From the NCBI GenBank assembly GCA_951804945.1, contig OX638154.1, positions 52,514,001 to 52,578,000 on the forward strand: a stretch of DNA of 64,000 nt. Direction: 5' to 3'. Positions 49,481 through 63,559 of the stretch are shown here, piece after piece; the stretch's first letter is position 1, and the number at the start of each line of letters is the position of its first letter. Source of the DNA: Podarcis cretensis (Eukaryota). A program made the translations under genes and the position numbers. The notes beneath the pieces are model-generated. The model saw only the letters and a list, made by a program, of their open reading frames with translations, made no database searches and had not been told where the DNA came from.

Positions 49481-49639
49481 AGACTCAGCAAGCTATCATT
49501 GTGAGCACCTACTAATAAAGTTAGATTAAACAAAACTCCAGACTGGGCCTCAATACATTTCAGTTTTTAAGACTTGCTAATTGCATTTATATCATTTTCT
49601 TCCTTTAAGGTGTTCAGGGTAGTAAAGGAGTGATCCATT

Positions 49640-49740
49640 CTCTCCCCCTTATTGTCCCACAACAAAGCTGTGAGGTTGGTTAGGGTGTAAGAGAATGACT
49701 GTCTCAGGATCACTCAGGGATCTTCATAACTGATCAAGAA
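49640..49740 (-). mobile_element. CORE/MIR-like SINE remnant
   Basis: cccacaacaaagctgtgaggttggttaggg...gagaatgactgtctcaggatcactcag resembles the reverse of MIR-related squamate SINEs. Confidence 0.55.
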
Positions 49741-50782
49741 AAGCCTAGGTCTCTACACCCTCTACCAGGAGTTTCCCGTGGTAGAATTCTCATCAGAATC
49801 AGTGCATTTTGTCTTGTCACTTGGGCATCAATAACTAATTTTAAAATTTGCATTTGTCATTGATGCCCAAGTGACCAGACAAGAATTCTTGGTGTGGCTC
49901 TTGATGGAAGAAGCAATGTGGCAGCAATATATGCTTTCTTGCAAATAAAATCCCATTGTATGTGGTGCTAGTGAGCAGTGGTTCTATATCTTTAGAACTG
50001 AACATTGGAGTGCCTACAAAAGTTTCACATAGAATTAGTTCTGGGTATTTTTTCCTGCAAAAATTTTAACGTTTATCTGATCCTTTTCAGTTTTGCTTTC
50101 TTTATATGTGGCTCTCAGTATTGTATAAACTTAGTCACGTCTTAACCTCTTTTCCCCATCTGCGCGTGTGAACTAGACTCACCTTGCTCCACAACATAAG
50201 CTGTGGTGTGGGAAATAGCCATTATTGGTGACAGCTGCTTGAGAAAGTCTGAGAACAGTGGGGAAGCATGCCATTGGGCCATGGTTCTGAAGGCAGCCAT
50301 GCTCTAGATTACATTTCAGGAGCCACTCCTAGGCATTTTCAGTAGCACTGCCCATTCCTGCCAGCTGCTCCCCCCCCTTCCTCTGAGCATGGTCAGTCAA
50401 GCATGCTAATTTTCCAGCAGAAGTGTTGTCATAATTAGGCAGCTTGTCTGAGGGTTTAGTGGTACTTAACCAGATGTGAAAAGGCTGGTCCCCTGGTCCT
50501 GGCTTGCTCACAGGAGCTTTTGCCAGATGCCTTGTCACTGATGTTCACGCTGCCCATAATAGGCTGCCAAGCTCCCTTTCCCACTGCTTGCCTCTCCTTT
50601 TATGCTAAGCATGCATCTGAAAACTTTGTCTACAACCCTCTTATTTGGTTGCCTTCTTAATAAATTTGAAACAACTAGAAAACGGGGCCTGTGTGAGGAG
50701 GTTGAAAATCCCTTATACAAAGCAGGAGACAAATTTAGGTAGGAAGAATGATAGAAGCACGCTTTTACTAATAGAGAACTAC

Positions 50783-51967
50783 TTTCATAGTGGTAGAGCA
50801 TCTGTTTCATAGTGGTAGAGCATCTGTTTTGTGGCCAGAAGGACCCAGGTTCAATGTCTAGCATCTCCATGTAGGTCTGGGAGTGTTCCCTGTCTGAAAC
50901 CCTGGAGGGCTGCTTTTCAGACAGACCCACATTTCCTTCTGAGCAACAGTGGGACCAGAGGCAAAAGTGGGTAGAGCAACACCCCTCCCCCTGTATCCTC
51001 CACCCAAGCAAACATGAGGCATTATTGTAGTCCAAGGATATTCTGCCCAGCCAGAATTGTTCAAGGAGGCCACAGAGCAGGGCTGGTGAGGGTTGTGGCC
51101 TTGGGACAGAGGGCGTGGCTGAGGAGGAACTATGACCTGAGGAGAAACTCAAGATCCAGATAGAGAGGCATTTGGCCCCTGGGCCTGAACAGAGGAGGAT
51201 TTATGGCAGCCCTACTGGTTCCTCCGCACTGGACACTGAACCTAGGGGGTTCTGAAGGGCATTGCAACTATGACATATTGAATTAAGCAGAATGGAAGGT
51301 GAGAGGTGGGGGGCACTGAATTTTGACCTTGTACCGGGCTCTGCTGAAAGATTGAAAGAGCAAAGTCTGCCCCTGGCCTGACGTTCCCCACCCCTAGTGT
51401 TAAGCAGAGTTTAGTTAGTCAGGGCGACTCATATTTTCATACCAAGTGTGCCGCAAAAGTACTTCGGCACAGAAGCCACGAGCTACACACTGCCTTGTCA
51501 TGCTGGGGTGGGAGAAGTGAGCCCAAAATTTGACACACACTTACACCCTTGCATTGCCTTCCCAAAGCCAGGAAAGTGCTAACTGGGCTTTAGAAAGGAG
51601 GTGGGAGGACTCTAGAACCCTGTCAGAGCAATCATGCCTCCGTCCCAAAGCCCATCTCCTTCATTATCCTGCTTTGGGAAGGTGGCACAAGGGCTGAGGG
51701 GCGTCACACGTTGCTGAGGGATGTGTGTGGTCCTTGGGCCATGCATTGGACCACCCAGAGCTAGATGGACCAAGGGTCTGACTCTCTAGAAGGCTGCATA
51801 CCCATTACTGTTTACTGTGGCTCCAGTGTGCTCCCACCACTGGCCTTTGAAGCCAAGTGCACCTGATGTCAGCCACAATCTATGTGTATCCTCTCTGTAG
51901 GGGACCGGGACCCACAACTTGGCTTTGTTTTAAGCTGCTTAGCCTAAGACAGCTTCCTATGTTCCTA
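50783..51967 (+). mobile_element. Squam3-like SINE broken into three pieces (50783-50925, 51758-51797, 51946-51967) by DNA-transposon-like inserts
   Basis: Head agtggtagagcatctg...cagaaggacccaggttcaat...ctgaaaccctggag; resumes at gagctagatggaccaagggtctgactc; tail cagcttcctatgttccta. Confidence 0.7.
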
Positions 51968-54900
51968 TATATATTTTGGAGAAGTGTGTAAACACCTTTT
52001 GTAGTAGTAGTCTGTCTCCAGAGATAGGACATCTCTGATTTGTATGACGCTCCCCTGTTTAGCCAGTCCTGTCTTTAGGCCCAATTCATATGGTCAGTTG
52101 AGGTCACAGTGGCTGGCTTCCTCTGACAAGCACAGCATTCATTTCATAAAGAACAATAGCTGATTTGTAATGACTTTTCATACAAGTAAGTATCCTATGA
52201 TAATTACAGTTACACATGGTAAACAGGGTGGTGAGCCAATCCTGTCATTCTAATATTAAATTCCTTTCCTGACAGAAGCGTCTCCTGATGCTTCTGAGGG
52301 GTGTGCCGGATCTAGCTGGTGGGAAATAGGGTAATTTGCTATCAGTAATTTTATACCTCTTCTCCTGGTAATGAGAGACTAGCTTTAACTTTGGTATAGA
52401 ATATTATGAAACAGCCCCCATATTTTCCAAGCAATGCATTTAAATCAACTTCAACTAGGTGTAAATTGGGCACATACTCAACATCAGCTAGCATAAAAAC
52501 TTTGAGACACTAATTACTCCTTGCACAATCCAGGGTAGTTAAAGAGTGAGAAAATAACGGATTTCTCCCCACTTCTCAATGCATGCTGATGGATGGATTG
52601 TAAATGGCTGGCTACTACATAGATTGCACCCTAGGTTACATGCACAAGTCTGAGATTTCATTATTTTTTGACAATAAGTGTAGGGTGCGTGCGTGTTTTG
52701 TTTTGAAGCCTTGATCCAGGTTACCTTAGTATCAAGATACTCCTTGGGGGTCCAGTTCTCGCACAAAAAGTCTTTGCTAACTAGAGAATGAGCACTTGTT
52801 TTGCAGGGAATTTCTGCATTTTATGAGTACTAAAGGGGGGTGAAATTTCTGAAATACCTGAATGTTCAACCTAGAGGGAGCTCTGTTACACAGAGAAGAT
52901 TAACTGCTATTCACACAGCAGTTGCTTTTACAGAATCCAATTATTACTGTTGTTATTTAAAAATTTTATGTGGCTTTTCAGCCAACCCCCGCTCCATAGC
53001 CCCCTTTGCAGATGGATAATATACTAGCTACAAAAACTTTCTTGGTTCCTCTCATTCTTCCATTTTGTTATATTATTGGAATGTCAGCATGTCATCCATA
53101 ATGTTACAAAGTAGTGTTTTCTGATAGTTTTCTTGGGTCATGGTTTGTAGCAGCCATGGCTAGTAATAAAGTGTGACCTCTGAAGCTTCGGGCACAGCAA
53201 AGCTGCCGTTATCCCAAGTGCAGCACTTTAGCGTTGCCTTCAGGAGTGAACGGAAGCTGTTCACTTATATGGGAGAGAGGAAAAGAGTGCACTTGGGGTT
53301 TGTCCTGTGCTATACCTGAGCCTCATGCTCCAGTTTCTGGGTCAGAGGTAAGGTGCCCTGCCCTTGAGTTTCTTCCAAAGAACAGCCTATTTGTCTTGTC
53401 CCATAAAACTTAGTGGAAGCCATTATGAACTGAAGCACCATTTCCATAGCCCTAGCCCACAGTCCTGTCCTGAATTCTGTTTCTGTTTAGAGTTACATTC
53501 CAGAGTGAGATTATCCTCTTTTGGTGTAATAATTAGGATCAGGCAAAGTGGGGATGAGGATGCTAGCTTCACTGTTTCCTTCAAATGTGAAGATTTGAAG
53601 TGGGAAGCCTGGTACTCGTAGGAGCTCTGCATGTGAGTTTCAGTGGACAGGGGTGGAAGAACGGAAATTCATGCTGGCGCCTTCTCCCTGCAGGTCCTGG
53701 ACCTGCCTCCAGGTGAGAGAAATAGAATGTTGTTCCACTTTCCCCATTGTTAGTTATTGGGCCACTTCACTGTCAGGTGTGATAGGCAGGTGTCATCCCC
53801 AAGTGTAGCATTTTGCATTTCCCATAGAGACAGAATGACTGCCATTATCTGAGGGTGCGTCCAGAAGAGAGCTCTTATGTGCAGTTGAAACATCACTCTT
53901 AGGACCCACCTTGTTTTTGTGATTGTAATAATTTTAAACTGTTCTTAATATTGCATTTTAAATGGTTGTAACTTATCCTGGGATCTTAAGGTGAAGGGAG
54001 GATAAGTAGGAGTAGGAGTAGCAGCAGCAGCAGCATATTTTAAAAGCCCAGTTAATTTCAGATACAGTTAAGAGTGGGATAAGAGATGGTATTATGATAG
54101 AGCAAGTTGGCATTTTGCAGAAACATAATCAGTTGCCTTTAATTTTCAATATAGTAGCAATTAACTCAGTTTTGTGTTTAGGGTATGTTCTAGCTTTGTA
54201 AGCTCTAGTTGGGTAGGAGGCACAGCCTAGGGTGGGCAATGCTGATTTTGAAAACACTGTCAAAGGGCAACAGAGGCCTTTGAATTCACCAGAGCTATCT
54301 TTGAAAGCTGCGCTTTTCTCTTTCTGCTAACAGGAAGTTAAATATATAAATCATTATTCAGGCATCTCTTCAAAGTTTGTCTGACTTGCTGAATTTCTAA
54401 TCAGACAAAAATCAGAAAATGAAAAAGAAGAAAAAAGGACAACACCAATTTAATTTTTTATTTTTTTCTCTTGCCCGACTAGGAAAGTACTGCTACAGCT
54501 GCAGCTGTATATACCTCTTATACTCCTTGCCTCTCCACATACACCCATTCCCACCCCTCCCACATGGAGCCCTAGGCCTTTCCTAAGCTGCTTGGCGTGG
54601 TCTCACTTTCTTCAGCAACATTCTAACTTCTAAGAGGCTTAATAGCTAGGGAGATTTGAAGGGGAGTGAAAAGGTGGGGGTTTCTCTCTCTTTTTCAGCC
54701 CTGGCTTTGAGGAGTTTATTTTCTTAAGCTTATTGGGAAGAATATCGAGTGGACTAGTAAGGAGGTTGTGACGGGCAGGCTTTTTCCAGGATTTGGGAAT
54801 GTTAAATGCACATGCTGCATTGTGGGCAGTTTTCTTCAAAAATTTCCTGGGGAGTTTCTAACCACTTCTCGCAGCTTATTTGATCACTTAGCTCATTTCT

Positions 54901-55074
54901 GCAACCAGGTTGATTGCCAGTGAAATTAACTCTCTGTCCTCATTGTGTAGGGTGGGGTGGTGACAGAAATTACCTCAAAAAAAAAAAGTATAAACCGTGT
55001 CACATAAAATGAAGGAGAACCAGGATAGTGACAGGACAAAGAATGCCCCTCTAGGGTGAGAGGACTTCTTATTG

Positions 55075-55203
55075 TGAAACTTCCCCAACTTGATGCCTTC
55101 CAGATGTTTTCAACTACAGCTCCCATCAACCCCAGCCAGCATGGTAAGGGATGACTGAAATTGTAGTCCTAAACATCTAGAAGGTTCTGATTGTGAAAGG
55201 CTG
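55075..55203. mobile_element. Older palindromic hAT MITE related to 21980-22115
   Basis: ccttccagatgttttcaactacagctcccatc...ttgtagtcctaaacatctagaagg. Confidence 0.75.
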
Positions 55204-55639
55204 TTGCAGTGGAATGAACCACTATTGTTACTTTTAACTTGCTTTGTGTAAGCCTCTCTGAAAATGTGTTTTCATTAGAGCATGGGATATACATTCATAA
55301 AATGAAATAAGTGATTGCCCATTGGACATTACAATGAGATATTCAGGGAACTCTGGGACTCAGTTTGTTTACCAACCCTGAGTGCATTGTGGCAATGCCA
55401 AGAAGGAACAAAAGTAAGATGGCAAAATTTGGGTCACACTCTGTCACAAGACAGGTCTTCCCTTGATTATCTTGCACGAGCTCTTAAGTCTGTTGGCATC
55501 CTCTGTATCGTATTAAAAGGTAGCTCACTTTATTATATTATTGGGCAGTGTCCAGGTAAGTCATTTGTGTAGCCAGGTAACTAACATATGGATGCTCAGC
55601 TCTGAGGGATGACAAATAATTTGGTCCAAGGCAGCTCTT

Positions 55640-55970
55640 TTATGGGATCTTACAATTAGCAATTAAAGCATAAAAAATAGTTCCAGGCAGCAACTGCTAA
55701 ATAAACACTTGTCACTACTGCTGACTGGGGCTGCTTTATTTCCCTGTGTGTTTCCGCCTCTCTGTATAACTTACGGTGCTGTAAATGCACAGCAGCTGTT
55801 AATATGATTCTGTCGATACATTTACCATGGTGATTTGGCAGTATTTGGCGACTGTGTGAAGAAATCACTCACTGGTTGGAAGGCAAGAAAGACAAGCTGT
55901 CAATATCTCAGAAGAAATGCTAATAACCCTGGTGACAAATTGTCCCAGGAAGTCTCGAAGGGTTAAAAAA
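55640..55970. promoter_or_regulatory. Candidate intronic conserved element
   Basis: Unique sequence with caatta x2, cataaaa, FOX-like taaataaaca, several TGTCA/TGACA sites and retained CpGs. Confidence 0.4.
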
Positions 55971-58067
55971 GAGAGAGCATTTCCAGAAACGAGGATTCTT
56001 GTTTTTGCTCAAGTGAAGAGAACTCATCTCTCCTAACTCTGCTACCAACTGCTCTCTTGCTCTAGTTACTGGTTGTTTTACCGAATAAATATTCATGGGC
56101 TTGTGTGAGTTGACTTAGACATGCTACTATATAGATTAAAGTGTGAGGGAGAGGAGATTCCTTGCAATGTGCTTCTGTCTGATTTGGAGCAATTCCTGAT
56201 TCCCATTGCAGCCCCACACCCTCATACTGCATCCCACACCACTGAAGAAGCTGCCACAACCCACTCACCCAAGGAAAGTCTTGTCGAGGAGTTGTCTGCA
56301 AGGGGGACAAGGGAATCCCCTTTTTCTGATCTTCCATTCATTCTATGGATCTCAGGATTCAGCCCTTGATGTGAAGTGAACATTTCACACAATGAATCAT
56401 TTATTACTGTTTTTCGACCCCAAAAAGAACCCTTTAGACAAGCCTTAGATGAAACAAGGGTTCCTCTCCTCTCATTCCACATTCCACCTGCAGAGGCTAA
56501 TAAGTTGGTTTTTTTTTAAATAGGGTTCCCAGATAACTTCTGTTTAAATATTTCTTGGAACATAACAGTAAATCACATTACCACCCTTCACAATTTAATC
56601 ACATGACTCAGGGTTTTTAAAAGAAGATTGTATCAGCATGAAATCAAAGGAGGACAAAGGCTTTGTTTCTCAAATTTCTGCTCCTTAGGTTTGGTGGAGA
56701 AAAACCTGAAAATGTGACCATAGGGCACAATAAAAATTAATAAACCAAAAGCAAAATGTCATTATTCTTAAACCACTCCAGCCTCTAAAGAAGTAAGGAG
56801 CCCTTAGGAGGGATGAAACATGTATTTTACAAATACCCTGAGCCCTGACAACATACACAGTGCCTAAGTTGCAAATGAAAATATGAAAAATACATGATCA
56901 CTGCTTTAATGTGTGCTGCATGCTTTCGAAATTGGAGATCCATCTGGCTCCCACATCTCTGATTTAGGAGTTTAGGATGTTTAGCAAGGTTTTAAGAAAA
57001 CTTAGGAAGGAAAGAAACCACTTCAGAAGGTGAAGAGCCCTTAGGCTTTCTTAGTACAGGCATTTTCCCACTTATGCATGATTGACTTGTGTGTGTGGTG
57101 CCAGGAAATAAATAAATAAATAGATTCAAACCTGGGAACGATGGGAGAGAGCAGGAAAGTTCTTGTTGCTCATCATGAGACCCTCCCCAGAGGCCAAGGA
57201 GGATGTCAGTGAGAAATAAAGATTTTAAAGGCTTATTTTTTAAAAAAAATTATGGGCTCCAAAATGGCGCATGGGAGCTCTCGCTGATGTTGCGCTATCC
57301 CACTCAACAGCTGTTGGGAGGGAAGCTGTGTTGCAGCGGGCTCGGACACACGGTTCCCTGCATTTTCTCGCACTGTGGAGTCAAAGGTACAGTAGAAAAC
57401 AAAAGGGCATTTCTGATGCCTCTTAAATCACTCTAGTTCCCTGCTTTGACGAGGCTCCCCACTTACATGCATTTTGCTTATATGCACGGGCAGGGATGGT
57501 GGGCATTCTAGAAAGCATCCAGATTGGGAAAGGATGCTGTAGCTCTCCTAGCCTTGCTTGTCTAGAAGTTTCTGTGACCATGCTCGTTCCCTGTGTCTTT
57601 GCATGTCCAAACCTTTGACAGGTCTGATATAACATACAGGTTTTTAATGAATGGTTTATTTCCTCTCATTTCCTCTTCCATGTGCAAATGTTCAATGTTC
57701 CTTTTCATCTGAGGGAATATCTAAGCATGAAAGGGTGCTGGTTCCACTGAGCCTGTCTCAGCCCCTTAACTGTGTTTATTGATGTACTCATTGTTCTATT
57801 AGCATTTTAGTGTTTTTGCAATCATGGCGATAAACAGATCCATAACTGTATCCTGCGGGTGTAGCTGCCCATGTACATTTAGATGCTGATGAGACCTCCA
57901 TACAGAAAGTGTCTCCAGATGTGCCTCCTTGGCAGTGTGATACCAACATGCAGCGTCCCCTGCAACCAGTGGCTAGGGGGAAACTGCAGGGTACTGGGGC
58001 AGGGAATAGGAACAAACTTTATCCAAAAAAAAAAAAAAGTGCTGGAAAGCGCCAGATTTTGCTGATA

Positions 58068-58222
58068 NNNNNNNNNNNNNNNNNNNNNNNNNNNNNNNNN
58101 NNNNNNNNNNNNNNNNNNNNNNNNNNNNNNNNNNNNNNNNNNNNNNNNNNNNNNNNNNNNNNNNNNNNNNNNNNNNNNNNNNNNNNNNNNNNNNNNNNNN
58201 NNNNNNNNNNNNNNNNNNNNNN
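58068..58222. other. Assembly gap (155 N)
   Basis: Run of N. Confidence 1.
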
Positions 58223-61200
58223 NTTTGGTCTCAGCACTGTTTAGTGAATCGGTTGGGGTGGTGCAATGGGGGGCGTCTCTGTAACTGAAGTCAGGTTTCT
58301 TTTCCACCACCCTCCCCCTTATTCCCTGGTAACCCAAGTTCCTTGAGAGGTGCTAAAGGCCGCGCTACAGAAGTTACTATATCTTCATGATATAACATAT
58401 TCAAAACACAGGAGTTTGGGGATTTTAAGGGGGGGATTTTCTTATGTGTTTTTGACTTCACCACCAATTAGAATAGATTTCATTTCTCTCCATAAAGAAA
58501 ACAGCTTTTTTTTGTCTTTGTGGTATTGTCTTAATCACCACTGTCTTTTGTGTGTCTACTCCAGAGCATAGGTTCTCAAAATCAAGAAATCAACTGTAAT
58601 TTTGCACATACACCTCCCACACCACATGTACTAGGACAAAGAAGCATGGTTGGTCTCATATTTTTTCTACCTTTGGCATATTGTTTCTGGTGTGGGAAAA
58701 GCAGATGAAAGGAAAGTGCATAGTGTGTTTCATAGGTCTCTGCCAAGTTTTAATCCCCTTGGGATGGAGGGTTCTCAGGATAGGTCCATTGAGCATCAAC
58801 CCTTGCTATTAATGTGGAAAGAATTTACAATCCACCTTCTTATATTGCACTGATTGGAAGGGGTGTGTGTGATGGACTATTAATTGCCATCCTGATCCAA
58901 TGTAGACCCTTACTGGGAAGGATGGAGGAATTCCCATCTCTTGTAGCATCTCTTCACATCTCCCAGCTTCAGAGTGCAAGTAGATTTAAAAGACTACTGT
59001 AGTACCATTAATATTTCGTGTAGGATATATTTTGAACACACTGTGACTAGCATTTAGCCCACAATAACTATTAATATCAATAAAATGCAGTGTGTGGAGG
59101 TGCATTTATGGGCTTCGTTGTGTCTCAGGTATTGTTGGAAGCAAGGGTGCAAGCTGAAGGTTGTGACTCTGAACCCCCTGCTGTGAGTTTGGTAATTCTG
59201 GATATGTATTGACCTATTTGGAGGTAGCATTCTGGCCCAGAGGTGGACCACAGCATTTCCCCCCCATAATTGCACAAAATAATAGGGTGCATCTGTTGGC
59301 TTGTGCACATGAAAATTCATCAGGTTGCTTACACATAATGAGAGAAAGGTCATATTGGAGTGAAAAATATGATATGGGGCCACTTTTTTGTCCAAAAGCC
59401 ATATTGTGCTGACCTGTCCTATGAAGTATTTGGTGTCATGATATCTTGACTTTTCTTTGGGGCAGGATCTCTTTAGCCACTAGAAATGCAGCTTCTGCAC
59501 CCCCTAAAGAGTTATGCGGTACACTGCTGCACAGGGTATAGGAATGATATCAGCCATATGTATGAACATTTCAGTTGGGTCATCATCATCTGAAATATTA
59601 ATGACTGAATTTCAGGATAGAAGATTAATACATTTAGGTTTCAGGGAAGAAATATCCTTCAAAACCAATGAATAGTTGCTGACAGGGCAGTGGTAGGCAA
59701 TTTAATCTGTGCCTAGGATACTGGACAGACAGGTTCTAAAACAGCCAAAAACTGTTATTTCCAAATGGAAACAGGAACAGGTTGGGTGTGGTGGGCGAAA
59801 TGCTAGAGCCAATATATTTCTAGAGCAGAAATTGGTAGTTAAATTAAATTGCCTGTGAAATTGCCACCTAATCATTTATATCTCGCTCTTCCTTCAAGAA
59901 TCTTGTGATGCAGATTAAGAGTTTTCCCAGTTTGAGGTAGCTTAGACAGTGTCTTGAATGCTCAAGCTTTTGCAGGGAGCTGAATAAGGATTTGAACCCA
60001 GGTATGACTGGACCAAATACAATTGTCTATCCAGTGTGCCAAGCTTGCTGTCATCGATCAGACACAGGTGACAGATGAAGTAGTTAGAGATGAATAATAT
60101 TTTTTTAATTTCAGTACTTACTTTGTCCGTGTTTATCTTGTGTTGAAGAACTGACTTACAGGGCAATCTTAGCCAAACTTACTCAGAAGTAAGTGTTACT
60201 GAATTCTGTGGAATTTATTCCCAGGTAAGTGGGGTAGGACTGCAAACGAAGCTGTACTTGGTTTGCATGTTTGATGGTTTCTGTTTAAGGCTAGGGGTTC
60301 TCAAAGCTTCTATGAGTTAAACCTGGGATTTTGAAGAATAGTTCTTTACGAGTCTGAACAGAGCCTTCCTTACACAATATGGGGATGGGTGCTCTGGGAA
60401 TAGCTTCTGAGCAATTGCTCCCTACAGATTGTAGAGCAACCATAGTGATGGTGCACTAAAATTACATAACTCTCATTGGCTTGAAGTAAAGAGAAGAAAG
60501 TATGAATTTGCCACTTACTTAGGTCTAAGGATGCTCTTTTGCCATTAGTTATTGACTGTTTACATGTCACACACTAAGCTAGGATTGGCTTGCTAGGCTA
60601 TTTTTGGCTTGTGAGGGTGCAGTGAGGCTGGTTCAACTCTATGAGGGCCGCATGCCAGCGGCGGGTATAGCCAAAGCTGCCAGTGCATACTAATGCACAG
60701 ATGTACACACTCTCATTGCACATACAACCCACATTCACACCCACCCACCCACCCACCCACCCACACCCTCACACACACCATGGTTTTCCAGTGATCAGCA
60801 GAGAAGCAGGGGGTTCCTCCACATTACATAACTGGGAACAGATGTTCCATTTCTTCTAGCCCAAGTGCTGCAATGAGATCAGTCTCCAAAGAGGATGAGC
60901 GACAGCACATCTTGGGTTTATGTGCTTTCCAGTTCTTTTTCTCTGGCACAGTTGCAGGGAGAAGGTAAAAAACTTCCACTTCCATTTTACATTGACCATA
61001 ATTTAGTGTTGCATCCAAATCCTAAATTGTGGTTAGTCTTATCTAGGGTTTGATGAAACAAAACAAATTCATAAGGTGGAGCTTAACTTTGATTTGTTTA
61101 AGCAAACCATACTTAAGGTTAACCACAGTTTGTCTGGTCTTGGGTATCATTACTAGTTGCAGGAAAGCAAAAACTTTTGAACTCTTCCCACATCTGCACT

Positions 61201-62724
61201 GTAGGAGGATCACTTGCTTGTCCTTGTAACACTAAACCATGGTTTACCATTTCATGCTAACACAGCCATTATGCCTGTCAGTGCAGCCATCAACCATTTT
61301 ATTGGATTTTTGTGACAGTGCAGCTGAATATCCCTATGTACACATGTTATGGCCCAAATTAGATTATGGTGTGCAGAAACCAGGCACTACTGAACTTCTA
61401 ATGTGTTCTGCAACAGTCACAAAAGTGTCTGACTGGATTTGCAGGACTCAGCAAGGGATGGTATGGTACTGCTTCCTTGGAGGAGCAGATCGATAACAGA
61501 GGCTGGTGATACATGAGGGAAGTTAGGGATGGATAATCCGCTGAATTTACATGACCCTGACTGGCCTGTGAAAGGCTGCAGTTTTGTTGGGCAATTTCCA
61601 ATTTACTTGCTGCCCATTGTATTTTAAAATTGCGACAAGACTAGTTTGGGTGCGTGGCAGGGAAGCTGACTTTTGTGGTTCAAAGGAGGCATATATACAC
61701 CTCAGAAAGGAATAGAGTTCCTAACTGTAAGAGGTTTGTGTGTGGCTGATGTAGCACATTCCCATTCTTGCCAAATTCCTGGAAGGTCCTACTGTTTTTG
61801 TGCTTTTATTGTAATTTCATTGCATTGCTTGTTGTTTCTTGTGGCCCTTTGAACCTTTCCTTTAGGATTACACCACCTGCTCCTCCAGCTTTGTCACTTG
61901 TATGTGTTAATGTGTATACTGGTTTAAAATACACACCAGAAGAGTTAATAAGATATTGAAGACATGCTTCTTTGTTGTCCATCAGTCCTAATGGCAAACT
62001 CAGGTGGTGAACGCTGTGACAGAACTGGAGCCAAAAGGGGGCCACGGAGCAGGAGAAGGATATATGGTGCAGGTGCTAATAGCATGCTTGGGGCACCCAC
62101 AAGGTTGCCATAACTTCAAAAATATTTTAAAAGTCAGACCTAAGAGTTCAACATCGCCTTCTGCAAGATCTTAATGAGCACTGAGCATGCTCAGTAGCCA
62201 TGGAGTTCTGAATGTCAGTTGGAAAAGGAAAAGAGAGAGGGAGAGGGAATGGACTGGAATATCCTGAAGTACGGCATGGCTGACTGGCAATTTGCACAGG
62301 AGTACTGCTGTTAGGAGGTGAGGAAAAGTCCAATAGAAGATATGCTACAATAGAGGATACCCTTCAACATTCAGTGTAGGCCCTGTTTTCTACTTCAAAA
62401 CCTGTAGTTGGTGACACAGTATGGATAACATGATGCTGAAATTATGTGCAGTAAACATTTCCATATACAGTACTGATATAGGACTGCACCAAGCTGTTCT
62501 TACGTTACAAAATCAAATAACCCTCCATTCCACATTTAGGTAAGAGACCATTTGGGAGGGGTTAAATCCCTTCCCCACCTTACCTCTCCCAGCTTAATGT
62601 CTGAAGGAGAAGTTTTGGATTTGACCCTCCCCCTCCTTGGCAGCTGGCCAGTTTATGAAGTAGATAGAAGGAGACAATAGAGTTGGTGTCAAAAAACTTG
62701 AGGTGATTCTGTCTGCATCATTTT

Positions 62725-62725
<1 letters not shown>

Positions 62726-62764
<39 letters not shown>
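62726..62764. repeat. (GAAA)n microsatellite
   Basis: Direct observation. Confidence 0.97.
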
Positions 62765-62765
<1 letters not shown>

Positions 62766-63559
62766 GACTACCTTCAAAATGGGCAAGTCACATTTTGGAC
62801 TGTTCAGTAGCTTTTAGCACAGACATGTATAAATTATTTGTGTGCAGTGTCACTGCAGATCTCTTTCCTATCTGGGGCTTTAATTTTTTTTATATAATGA
62901 CAAAATAATAAAAAAACTAATTAAAAAGGGCCTCGGCCAATAAGGAACTTCACAATGACAAAGCAGCACACGTGCCTGCTTAAAACATTTTTATTTAGGC
63001 AAGCCTATCCAGTCATGTAGATGTTAGTGTGTTTTGGTGTTTTTCACTGTTAATTCTAATTACCTTTAGATGTTTTTAAATGTTTTAAACTGTTTTTATT
63101 GGTAATATTAGTATTTATTGCACACCACTTAGAGGCTTTTCTACAAGCAAGTTGTATATAAATTCTGTTAAATAAATAATACATGAAGGAAGCGCTGCGA
63201 TAATTCTGTGCATGCACACTGGAGAAAGAAAATACAAATGGATGCAAGATGGCATTTTCCACTTTTTGTGAGAGCATGCATACAAGTCCTTTTAAAAAAT
63301 GTACATCATGTTTAAAATAAGATGTAAAATGCGTAAACACTTGTGAGTATATTATTATTGTCCGTATGACCTACATGCCTACATAATTTTGGGCCTACTC
63401 AAGGCCCAAGTTCTTTTCACTGTTTCCTGAGAGAGAGGGAGAGAGTACCTGCTGTTTCCAGCTTTACGTAAAGTATAGAACTCCCTCCATGTTTATCTAC
63501 TTAAGAAATTAGGCTTCTCAACCTTTGCAATAAAACTACCTCACCCCCCCATCCCCCCT

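Noticed and set aside
50535-51152. 205-aa minus-strand ORF
   Set aside because: It runs through SINE and MITE fragments and starts at a non-ATG codon.
54440-54560. RNF220 exon 3 after a pyrimidine tract and AG at ~54482
   Set aside because: The downstream sequence does not encode the expected KKKAAALFDSQAPICPIC; a cryptic exon cannot be supported.
57880-57925. Possible intact hammerhead (ctgatgag...cagaaa)
   Set aside because: No paired stem II and no CGAAA junction; the other CTGATGA hits (~35895, ~40155, ~41073) also lack the GAAA box.
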